Positions 18,150-26,703 of a stretch of DNA of 43,465 nucleotides are shown one piece after another. Position numbers and translations under genes: made by a program. The notes under the pieces were generated by a model. It was not told where the DNA came from. It searched no databases and saw only the letters and a program-made list of their open reading frames with translations. Numbering within the stretch: position 1 is the first letter of the stretch; each line of letters starts with the position of its first letter. This DNA comes from a bacterium (lineage in GTDB: Bacteria > Zixibacteria > MSB-5A5 > GN15 > FEB-12): contig JBDRNJ010000008.1 in the NCBI GenBank assembly GCA_043811375.1, positions 1 to 43,465 on the forward strand, read 5' to 3'.

Positions 18150-20819
18150 CTAAAAACTGAGTTCAAACCCGGCCCGGATAGTCCGGGGTGGGGAATAGTG
18201 TTGTGGGTCATGATCGTAGAGCTGATCATAATGATCCAGATCATCCTGGTTGAGAGCAAAACCGGCACCGGCCTGGAGACCGTCATTGTCGGCCTGACCG
18301 GTGCGGGAATAGACGTTAACCACGTTGCGGCGGTTAAACAGGTTGTCTACCTCGATAAACAGACTCAGCGGGTGACCATTGGCGCCAAAGGCTAAATCCT
18401 TGTTAAAGCGCATATCCACCGTGTAGTTCGCCGGCAGACGTCCATCATTTCGTTCACTCAGACGGTTGCCGTCTGCATCGGTGGGCGTATACGGCAGGCC
18501 GGATCCATAATGACCGACCATGGTCACACCCCAGGCACTCGGAAGCCTGGTACCGAACAACCTCCCTTGCCAGTCACCCGGTACCCGGTAACTAACCACC
18601 GCTGTAACCGTGTGCCGTTGATCGAAGTCGAGAGGATATTCCGTCACCGGCGCTAATGTGTCGCTGGTGGATGTCAGGAAAGTATAGTACGGCTCCAGGG
18701 CATAGGAACCGTTGCCGGTGGCAATCATGTAGCCATATGAAATCGATCCGCTCAAGTACCCCGACAGGGGCAGCTTCTCAAGCGATACATCGAAACCCTT
18801 AACGGAACCGTAGTCGGCATTGACGAACCTGGTTATGGCGGAACCGGCCACTTTCGAGGACGAACGTGTCGTCACCAGGTCTTCGATATCCTTATAGTAG
18901 GCGGTGACATCGAGCCGCAATTCTTCGCCTATCAGGTGATCCAGACCCAGTTCATAGGAGGTGGTCTGTTCCGGGTTCAAGTCGGGATTGCCCAGAAGCG
19001 GCAGTCCGCTGGAAATGTCACCCTTAAGATTGGTGTACAGGTAAGTGTAACGCGGCACCTGATAGTAGACACCGTAGTTGAAGTGCATAACCGACATCTC
19101 GGCGATCGGAAATGATACCCCTATCCGCGGTGACAGATTCGACTTGGTGTCGGCCTTCTTGTATGTGGCTGATAACTGCTCCGGAGTATAGTTGTAGGAG
19201 ATGTCAGCGTCACGATAATCGTAACGGATCCCGAGATTAACTACAATGTGGGCATATTCCATTTTGTCCTGAAGATACGCGGAAACATTCAATGGTCGGC
19301 TGCTGTACTTTTCTCCGTAAGGGTGGTCATTGAAGAACTGCTTGAAGTCCCAGTCAACGTTATTGCGTCGATACTCCAGACCGGCTTTGACCTGGTTCCA
19401 TTTATTCAGTTGCGACAGCAGACCGATGTTAAGCGAACTGTAGTCGGATTTCCGCCAGCGGAAGCTGGGGTCAAAGTCGGATCCGACGGTGAAACCCACC
19501 ACTTGCTGGGGATCAGAGTAATCACGATCGTTCAGGTAATTATCATCGTCGATAGTGCCGTTGTAGACGCCATTAGTGTCCACCGAGTATCCCGGCCAGT
19601 CACTCCAATAAGTATCCAAAAGATGGGTCGGAGCCGATTTGGTACTGGTGGAGAATACGCTGAGACCGGCCATCAACAGGGTCCGCTCGTCAAAAGCATA
19701 GATGCCGGAGACTCCGGCCAGGTAGGACTCCTTCCGGAAGGAAGGAAGGCCGTCCAGGTTGAAGTCATAGGAGACACCGTTGACATCACGATGTATGTAG
19801 GTATTGCCGTCAGCCTTATAAAAGGTGACATTGGATTTGAGCCTCATTTTGGGAGTCGGCTGCACTGATATCTTGCCGGTACCGGTGTATGAAACTATTC
19901 CGTTGTGAGGCAGGTAAGTGGCATCATCCATATACTCGCCGGCCGCGAAGAACGTGTAGCGTTTGGGGTCGACTCCCGGTAACGGTCCGGAAACATGAAA
20001 GGAAGCTGCCCGATTGCCGACTCGTTTGAGTTTACTGCATTCACCGGTGCGCACGTCGTAGGCGTGGGTGGCGCCTTCGTACATCCTGACACCACCATTA
20101 TATTCGGCGCTGCCCTCACGTGTCACGGCACTGACCACACCGGACAGGGCATCCCCGTACTCGGCGGTATGTCCGCCCGAGACCAGCGAGAGCTCCTCGA
20201 GGGCGGACGGTATGATCCGTATGCCTGAATTGGCAACAAACGGGTCCTGCACTGAGAAGCCGTCGAAGTAGTAGGCCACCTGGCCGGAACGACCACCCCG
20301 GACGTGCATGCTGCTGTTGCGGTCGATAACAACTCCCGGGTAGTTGGTAAGAACCGACTGAATGGTGACAATGTTCGGCAAGGTGCTCAGGCGATCAGCG
20401 GTGAAGATAATCCGTGAAGAGGTCAGGTCCTTCTTGATGATTGGTTCTATAGCACGAACCACCACGTGTTGCGCCAATTCGATGGTGGCCGGTTGCATGT
20501 CGAAATCCACCGGCGTCGTCAGGTCCGCCAGCACCCGCACCTCTTGATGAGTTACGGGCTCAAAGCCGACGTGCGTGACCACCACACTCCACTTGCCACT
20601 GGGGACATTGATTATAAAGTATTCGCCGTCATCATCCGTCTTGGTGACCGTGTTGGTCCCTTCCAATCTCACCGTGACTCCGATTATCGGTTCGCCGGTG
20701 ACAGCATCGAACACAGCCCCGGAGATCTTGCCACTGACCGCTGCCATCGAGGTTGACGAGGCGACCAGTATCAGCACCCCCAGGCCATGGATAAGTGATA
20801 AATATTGTCGCTTTAACAA
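18150..20819 (-). CDS. TonB-dependent receptor with N-terminal carboxypeptidase-regulatory-like domain
   Basis: GKISGAVFDA.TGEP; plug VRGGR/AEYG; SPRIGVSF, GNPDLNPE, NLFNRRN; C-terminal F. TTG start after AGGAGG. Confidence 0.93.
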   Translation of the reverse strand: MLKRQYLSLIHGLGVLILVASSTSMAAVSGKISGAVFDAVTGEPIIGVTVRLEGTNTVTKTDDDGEYFIINVPSGKWSVVVTHVGFEPVTHQEVRVLADLTTPVDFDMQPATIELAQHVVVRAIEPIIKKDLTSSRIIFTADRLSTLPNIVTIQSVLTNYPGVVIDRNSSMHVRGGRSGQVAYYFDGFSVQDPFVANSGIRIIPSALEELSLVSGGHTAEYGDALSGVVSAVTREGSAEYNGGVRMYEGATHAYDVRTGECSKLKRVGNRAASFHVSGPLPGVDPKRYTFFAAGEYMDDATYLPHNGIVSYTGTGKISVQPTPKMRLKSNVTFYKADGNTYIHRDVNGVSYDFNLDGLPSFRKESYLAGVSGIYAFDERTLLMAGLSVFSTSTKSAPTHLLDTYWSDWPGYSVDTNGVYNGTIDDDNYLNDRDYSDPQQVVGFTVGSDFDPSFRWRKSDYSSLNIGLLSQLNKWNQVKAGLEYRRNNVDWDFKQFFNDHPYGEKYSSRPLNVSAYLQDKMEYAHIVVNLGIRYDYRDADISYNYTPEQLSATYKKADTKSNLSPRIGVSFPIAEMSVMHFNYGVYYQVPRYTYLYTNLKGDISSGLPLLGNPDLNPEQTTSYELGLDHLIGEELRLDVTAYYKDIEDLVTTRSSSKVAGSAITRFVNADYGSVKGFDVSLEKLPLSGYLSGSISYGYMIATGNGSYALEPYYTFLTSTSDTLAPVTEYPLDFDQRHTVTAVVSYRVPGDWQGRLFGTRLPSAWGVTMVGHYGSGLPYTPTDADGNRLSERNDGRLPANYTVDMRFNKDLAFGANGHPLSLFIEVDNLFNRRNVVNVYSRTGQADNDGLQAGAGFALNQDDLDHYDQLYDHDPQHYSPPRTIRAGFELSF

Positions 20820-21060
20820 ATCTATTCCTCCTGCCAACTGTAATTAAAGTCCATTACTATTTTAGTGTCGGGTTCTGTCATCATAACTTAACCCTGCTTG
20901 AGCATATATCCGTCCCGAGTCAACTTGGCTTCAAGTCCGCCGTTGCTTGACGGCTGCGGAAGCGGAGGCGAGATGCCGACAGCGCGGATTTCGATTCCTG
21001 TATATCGGAGCCGCGACCACACAAACTTACCGGCGGACTGATGGCCCTTCATTATATGGA

Positions 21061-21087
21061 TTATCGGAATGAAGGGTGGTTGCTTTA
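21061..21087 (-). promoter_or_regulatory. sigma28 (FliA)-type promoter for the TBDR operon
   Basis: TAAA-N15-TCCGATAA on the minus strand; a second site TAAG-N16-TCCGATAT lies at 21002-21029. Confidence 0.65.
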
Positions 21088-21129
21088 GCTCGGCGGTCAT
21101 AATTGACAGAAGTTGGTCGGTAGCCTGCG

Positions 21130-21157
21130 TCAAGTTTTTGCCGTCGGTATCCGATAA
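21130..21157 (+). promoter_or_regulatory. sigma28-type promoter for the SBP-kinase operon
   Basis: TCAAGTTT-N12-TCCGATAA. Confidence 0.55.
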
Positions 21158-21248
21158 ATGAAAACAATACGTAATTTGTGCGTAAACCGGACAAGGTGGG
21201 TGGTATTCCCTCTAACCCGGTATACGCTGATACTTTGGTGAGTTTCGT

Positions 21249-22211
21249 TTGATAACAAATAATCGGATCCGGACATTCAGAATCCTTATCCTCGGGCTGA
21301 TCTGCTGGCTGGGTACTGCTGCCACAGCAGTTGGCGACATCCGGATCGCTGTACTGACCAGTGACAGTCTGACCTCGACTAACCGCACCTGGCAGGGTGC
21401 TCGGAAAGCGATATCCCGTCGGTACGCCCAAGCTACCTTCTACAGATTCCAGGTTAACCAGTCACCACACGATGCGTTGGCGACAATCGACTCAGTGCAC
21501 AACCTTGAGCCGACCTTGGTGCTGACTATCGGTAGTTCGGCGACACAATTCGCTCAGGACAATTTCCCGAACATCCCCACCGTGTTCGCGGCGGTGATGT
21601 ACCCGGTCTTGTCGGGTTTTGTCAAGACGACCGTGCAACCGGGAGGGAATATCACCGGCGCGTCGATTGACGTTCCCATCGACGTCCAGTTCCGGTATTT
21701 TCGCAGAATCGTACCTGACCTGAAACGGATCGGGGTGCTCTATACTGACAGCACCCGCGATCTGATCCCGCCTGCTTCCGATGCCGCCCGTGGATTGAAT
21801 CTTGATTTGGTGCCGCTTAAGGTACAGGACATCAAGAATCTGGGAGCTGCCCTGGATTCTCTGGCCAAGACGGTCGATGGTATCTGGTCCCTGGCCGACC
21901 CCAACCTGTTTGACTCTCGATCCACGAGATTTATCCTGCTCAATGCGTTGCGCAAAGGCATACCGTTTATGGGTTTCTCACGCAACGTAGTGGCCTCGGG
22001 GGCATTGTTTGCCCTGGATTTTGATTACAAAGCGGTGGGGAGCCAGGCAGGCGAAATCGCCAACCGGGTCATTTCGGGCGAGGAACCACGGGAAATCGGC
22101 GTTACATCGGCTGATGTCATCTGGTTCCATTACAACGAGAAAACAGCCAAGCATATCGGCATAATCATCCCCGAAGAACTGGTCGCCATAGCTAAGGAGG
22201 TCTATCGATGA
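21249..22211 (+). CDS. Orphan periplasmic substrate-binding protein (ABC_sub_bind family)
   Basis: Signal peptide; 'IPTVFAAV..P', 'NITGAS', 'KRIGVLY', 'GALFAL..DY' motifs; no permease nearby. Confidence 0.85.
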   Translation: MITNNRIRTFRILILGLICWLGTAATAVGDIRIAVLTSDSLTSTNRTWQGARKAISRRYAQATFYRFQVNQSPHDALATIDSVHNLEPTLVLTIGSSATQFAQDNFPNIPTVFAAVMYPVLSGFVKTTVQPGGNITGASIDVPIDVQFRYFRRIVPDLKRIGVLYTDSTRDLIPPASDAARGLNLDLVPLKVQDIKNLGAALDSLAKTVDGIWSLADPNLFDSRSTRFILLNALRKGIPFMGFSRNVVASGALFALDFDYKAVGSQAGEIANRVISGEEPREIGVTSADVIWFHYNEKTAKHIGIIIPEELVAIAKEVYR

Positions 22212-23899
22212 ACCTCCTGGCTAAGATCAGAAACTGCAGTCTGCGGACAAAGTTTGTCCTGCCGGTGTCGGCTATGCTGGTTGTGAGCATACTGATAATC
22301 AGCGGCTACCTGACTTCTCGTCAGGCGAAGAGCTTCCACCAGGAATTGCAAACCAGCGGTGAGACCATGATCCGCATTGTCGCCATCAACGCCGAAAGCG
22401 GTGTTCTGTTCGAGTCCCAGTACGAACTGGATGAGGTTTTGCAGACACTGTCACGGTTCGAGGCGGTGATATTTGCGGCGGTGACGAACAAGGAAGGTAC
22501 CATCCTCTCACGGTACGGCAATTGGGACGAAGAGGACATTATGGTGAAGCGGGTCCTCAAACATGAGAAGCCTAGCGATGGCCTGTGCACCAACTACTTC
22601 ATTGAAAGTCGATCCGATCAACAGTTCATAGAGATGAACTACCCGGTTCTTTCCCGGAAGGAAGTTATGAATCGAGAGAACCTCGGCATCACGGCGGGTG
22701 TGGATAAATCACTGGCCCCGGAGTACGTGACCGAGGAAATCGGCTCCCTCAAGTTGGTTCTCTCGCTGGCCAAAGTCAATGAATCCATCAGTTACGCCTG
22801 GCGCACAACGGCACTTCTGATAGTAGGAGTGTTGATGCTGGCTATATTGGTACTGACTTTCTTTGCCCGGGTGGTGACACGGCCGATCAAGATGTTGGTA
22901 CAGGTAACCGACCAGGTCAGTCGCGGCGATCTGGACCAGCGGGTTGATATCAAGCAGCACGACGAAATCGGCCATCTGGCAAATACATTCAACCATATGA
23001 TCGAATCGCTGCGGCAGTCACGAGATGAAATAGAGCGTTACAACCGCACGCTGGAGGAGAGGATCGAAGCTCGCACACAGGAATTGGAGCAAGCACAGGC
23101 ACAACTGATCCAGTCCGAGAAAATGGGCGCTATCGGACAATTGGCGGCGGGTGTCGCTCATGAACTCAACAACCCGCTGGGGGGAATACTTGGGTATGCA
23201 CAATTCGCGCTGGAAAAGATGCACAAGAACATCTCAGACAAATCCAGCTCCCCGGAGATGGATAAGTATGTTCGTTACCTGCGAGACATAGAGACACAGG
23301 CTCGCCGCTGCAAGAGCATCGTCCAGAATCTCTTGCGTTTCTCCCGCGCTTCGCACGGAACCAAGTTCGAGAAGATCGACGTCAACAAAATTGTCGAGGA
23401 TACAGTGACCTTTGTAGAGCATCAACTCCACATGCACCAGATCGCTATCCAGGTGGCTCTCGATCCCAACCTGCCCACTATTCAGGGTGACGCCGGGCAA
23501 TTGCAGCAGGTGTTTACCAATTTGATAATAAACGCCATGCATGCTTCGACACCGGAATCCGAGATTAAGATCATATCCCGTTTCAGTCCTGCGGTCGGTG
23601 AGTTTGGCGGCGCCGTAGAGTTGTGGTTTGTGGACCAGGGCACCGGCATTGCTCCGGAATATATCAAGAAGATATTCGAACCGTTCTTCACGACCAAGGA
23701 TGTCGGCAGGGGAACCGGCCTGGGCCTGTCGGTCAGCTATGGCATTGTCAGAAGCCACGGAGGCGAGATCAGGGTTGATTCCACGCCGGGCGAAGGAACG
23801 ACATTCGCCGTCATTTTGCCGGTTCAGGGACAGAACTCGTCATCCGATAATCAGAGCGTGGGACAAGTAAACGAGCCCTCAGAAAACCGATCCTGGTAG
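22208..23899 (+). CDS. Membrane sensor histidine kinase (periplasmic domain, HAMP, HisKA, HATPase)
   Basis: Two TM helices; HAMP 'DEIGHLANTFN'; H-box AHELNNPL; N, G1, F and G2 boxes; ATGA overlap with the SBP gene. Confidence 0.95.
   Translation: MNLLAKIRNCSLRTKFVLPVSAMLVVSILIISGYLTSRQAKSFHQELQTSGETMIRIVAINAESGVLFESQYELDEVLQTLSRFEAVIFAAVTNKEGTILSRYGNWDEEDIMVKRVLKHEKPSDGLCTNYFIESRSDQQFIEMNYPVLSRKEVMNRENLGITAGVDKSLAPEYVTEEIGSLKLVLSLAKVNESISYAWRTTALLIVGVLMLAILVLTFFARVVTRPIKMLVQVTDQVSRGDLDQRVDIKQHDEIGHLANTFNHMIESLRQSRDEIERYNRTLEERIEARTQELEQAQAQLIQSEKMGAIGQLAAGVAHELNNPLGGILGYAQFALEKMHKNISDKSSSPEMDKYVRYLRDIETQARRCKSIVQNLLRFSRASHGTKFEKIDVNKIVEDTVTFVEHQLHMHQIAIQVALDPNLPTIQGDAGQLQQVFTNLIINAMHASTPESEIKIISRFSPAVGEFGGAVELWFVDQGTGIAPEYIKKIFEPFFTTKDVGRGTGLGLSVSYGIVRSHGGEIRVDSTPGEGTTFAVILPVQGQNSSSDNQSVGQVNEPSENRSW
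23824..23850 (+). promoter_or_regulatory. Internal sigma28-type promoter for the receiver genes
   Basis: TCAG-N15-TCCGATAA, 52 bp upstream of ATG 23903. Confidence 0.4.
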
Positions 23900-23902
23900 C
23901 AG

Positions 23903-24274
23903 ATGAGTGATCCGCAAGAGAAAAGCATACTGGTCGTTGACGACGAGGAGATCATTCGCAGTTTTCTCGCCGAAGTGCTGGGTGAGCAGTATCAGATCAC
24001 CCTGGCTACCGATGGTGATGACGCGATCGAGAAGATCAAGTCGCGCAAGTTCGATTTGATCATTACCGATCTGAAGATGCCCCGGGTGCCTGGCGACGAA
24101 GTGGTCAAATACGCCAGAGAACAGGATGACGATTACAGGATCATTGTCATTTCCGGATTCTCAAGTCTGTACACAGTCAGTCAATCGGTAAACTATGGCG
24201 CTTGCGCCTTTTTGTCCAAGCCGTTCAGTATCAAGGAATTGATGCGGGTGGTAACTGAGGCGGTGGGGGGATGA
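23903..24274 (+). CDS. Single-domain response regulator
   Basis: ILVVDDE, DLKMP, ISG, KPF. Confidence 0.92.
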   Translation: MSDPQEKSILVVDDEEIIRSFLAEVLGEQYQITLATDGDDAIEKIKSRKFDLIITDLKMPRVPGDEVVKYAREQDDDYRIIVISGFSSLYTVSQSVNYGACAFLSKPFSIKELMRVVTEAVGG

Positions 24275-24284
24275 TTTGACTCGG

Positions 24285-24659
24285 ATGGGAAAAATACTGG
24301 TCATAGATGATTCGGCTGTAATTCGCAACCTGCTTGATGAATTGCTCACCGACATGGGCTGGGAGGTGGTTCTGGCCGAGGACGGCAGTCGGGGAATTGA
24401 ACTGGCTCTGGCTGAAGACTATGCTGTTGTTTTCTGTGACATCCATCTGCCGAGCAGGGATGGCTGCCAGGTGTACCACGAGGTGTCGGCCGTCAAACCG
24501 GATATGCCGTTTATCATGACTGATTCCCTGCCCGATCAGAGAGCCGAAATGGCGCAGGCATCAGGAGCAGATTACTGTCTTTTGAAACCGTTTACCTTAG
24601 AACAAGTCAGGGAGGCGCTGCGGGTCATCAAGTCCCCAGCTCGACAAGATGAAAGATAA
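24285..24659 (+). CDS. Single-domain response regulator
   Basis: ILVIDD, CDIHLP, IMT, KPF; alternative TTG start at 24276. Confidence 0.9.
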   Translation: MGKILVIDDSAVIRNLLDELLTDMGWEVVLAEDGSRGIELALAEDYAVVFCDIHLPSRDGCQVYHEVSAVKPDMPFIMTDSLPDQRAEMAQASGADYCLLKPFTLEQVREALRVIKSPARQDER

Positions 24660-26337
24660 CGGAGGGGCACCGATTCGGATTCTGGTCGTTGATGACGAGC
24701 CAATCGTTGTTTCTCTGGTCAGAGACGCTCTGGAAGACGACGATTATGAGTTGGCTACAGCCGGCTCGGGGCCGGAAGCATTGGCTCAAATCAAAGCTGG
24801 TGAGTTTAACCTGATCATCACCGATATCCGCATGCCCGAAATCAATGGCATCGAATTAGTGCAACGTGCACGGGCGGTGCACCCCGATATTTTTGTGATT
24901 TTCATGACCGGTTATGCCAATCTTAACTCGGCCAAGGATGCCATCAAGCAAGGTGCTTTTGACTACATTCTCAAGCCGTTTGAATTAGCCGAAATCAGGC
25001 GAGCCGTGGCAGGCGCAGTTCAGAAACTCAGGAAAGATACCGCTGAAAAGAACCCCGATCAGCAGTTTGAAAAACTATCCGATCTCAACCAGATGCTGCT
25101 CACTAGTCAGGATCGATCCACACTGAGCACCGTTTCTCTGCGTTTTGCCATGATGCACTGCCGTGCTGAATACGGTACCGTTGTTGTCTGGGATCGAGTC
25201 CGCTCAGTGTTTGACCGGGTTACTATTATCAACGAGCAAGTCACCGAGGAAAAATTGCCGCCCGAAGAACTCTCTGAATGTCTGCAGAAACTGAATCCGG
25301 AGCAGTTTTGTGAACCGGTAGTCTTGTCGGCTGCGACATCGGCTGATCTTAACGACGTCCATCCGGAATTGAACCTCTGTCTCAAACTGACCCCCAACTG
25401 GTTCACGGGGCAAGCGCAGATGATTGCTGTACCGGTCCTCAGAACCGAGCAACTACAGGGTATCCTCATGGTCGGATACCCAGAGGATAACAGGGGAATC
25501 AAGAAAGCAGACTTGAAGTTCCTGAGCATCGGTGCCAGTCAACTGGCCCTGTCCCTTGAGAATCTGGAGCTTGTTGAGGAGACTCAGACAGCATACGCTC
25601 AACTCCGGCAACTCCAGGACGAAACCATTCAGTTGGAGAAAATGGCCACTCGCGGTGAGATGTCTGCTGAGATCGGGCATGAATTGAACAACTTCCTGGG
25701 TGTTGTCACCGGCAATCTTTCGCTGCTGGACGTCCAACTCAAGAGAGGCAATGTTTCCGAAGTGAATCGCTACATACACGCTATGATCGACAACGTCGAG
25801 AAAATGAAACAGTTTACAGCCAATCTGATGGAACTAACTCCGATATCATCCCGGAAAAACATGCTTTACCTTGACAAGATACTTCAGGAAGTGGTCGAAT
25901 ACCTGAAACCTCAGCGTCGGTTCCAGGGAGTCCGTATCGAATTAGCCCCGATCACCCAGCCGCTTCCGTTTGAGGCTGACGGGTTACACATCCAGCAGTT
26001 GTTATACAACTTCTTCAATAATGCCGCCGATGCCACCGCCGACCGTGAGAACCGGTGCATCAACGTCGAGTGCCGAACCGATCCGGGCGCTACCACGTTC
26101 CGCTTGTCCATCAGTGACAACGGAGCCGGTATCGAACCGGAGCTTAGGGCTAAACTCTTCACCGAACGATTCACCACCAAGGAATCAGGTCACGGATTCG
26201 GCCTGATGGTATGTCAACGGATAGTCGAGAATCACGGCGGCAGGATTAGTGTTGATTCGACACCGGGAACCGGCACTACCTTCCATATCGAGTTCCCGCT
26301 GGCCGAACGGACCGAACTGGAACCAACCGTTTCCTGA
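24649..26337 (+). CDS. Cytoplasmic hybrid kinase (receiver - GAF-like - HisKA - HATPase)
   Basis: N-terminal receiver (DIRMP); central GAF-like region ('AVPV....QGILMV'); GHELNN H-box; DNGAGI, GHGFGL. Confidence 0.92.
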   Translation: MKDNGGAPIRILVVDDEPIVVSLVRDALEDDDYELATAGSGPEALAQIKAGEFNLIITDIRMPEINGIELVQRARAVHPDIFVIFMTGYANLNSAKDAIKQGAFDYILKPFELAEIRRAVAGAVQKLRKDTAEKNPDQQFEKLSDLNQMLLTSQDRSTLSTVSLRFAMMHCRAEYGTVVVWDRVRSVFDRVTIINEQVTEEKLPPEELSECLQKLNPEQFCEPVVLSAATSADLNDVHPELNLCLKLTPNWFTGQAQMIAVPVLRTEQLQGILMVGYPEDNRGIKKADLKFLSIGASQLALSLENLELVEETQTAYAQLRQLQDETIQLEKMATRGEMSAEIGHELNNFLGVVTGNLSLLDVQLKRGNVSEVNRYIHAMIDNVEKMKQFTANLMELTPISSRKNMLYLDKILQEVVEYLKPQRRFQGVRIELAPITQPLPFEADGLHIQQLLYNFFNNAADATADRENRCINVECRTDPGATTFRLSISDNGAGIEPELRAKLFTERFTTKESGHGFGLMVCQRIVENHGGRISVDSTPGTGTTFHIEFPLAERTELEPTVS

Positions 26338-26390
26338 CCAGGCGGTAAGCCGCATTAATGCGTGGCGATCTTAACACTATCAAACACTCT

Positions 26391-26464
26391 CGCGTAACAG
26401 CGGGACTTGTCTCCGCCGACAGTTGTGTCCGAACACCGGGCGACACAAGGCCGCCCTCTACGCG
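26391..26464. repeat. GTAG-family REP doublet
   Basis: CGCGTAACAGCGGGACTTGTCTCCGCC and inverted GGGCGACACAAGGCCGCCCTCTACGCG; related copies at 31855-31881 and 33584-33611. Confidence 0.6.
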
Positions 26465-26617
26465 GAAAGAAACACAACAACAGACATACCGGCGACGGCT
26501 ATTTCATGAGATTATCCCGGCACACAAGGCGTGCTTTGCGATGCAGCAACTATTTTTGTGAATTATCCCAGGCTAAGTGACTTCACCAACACCGGAGTTC
26601 TCCCGGCAGCTACGAAC

Positions 26618-26652
26618 AAAAAACGACCGCCCGAACATCAATCCGGGCGGTC
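26618..26652 (-). terminator. Intrinsic terminator after the C10 peptidase
   Basis: GACCGCCCG/CGGGCGGTC stem followed by a T6 tract on the minus strand. Confidence 0.65.
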
Positions 26653-26703
26653 CGATCATTACTTCACCATTACGGTGAAATCACCATTTCCAATTGTCCA
26701 GGT

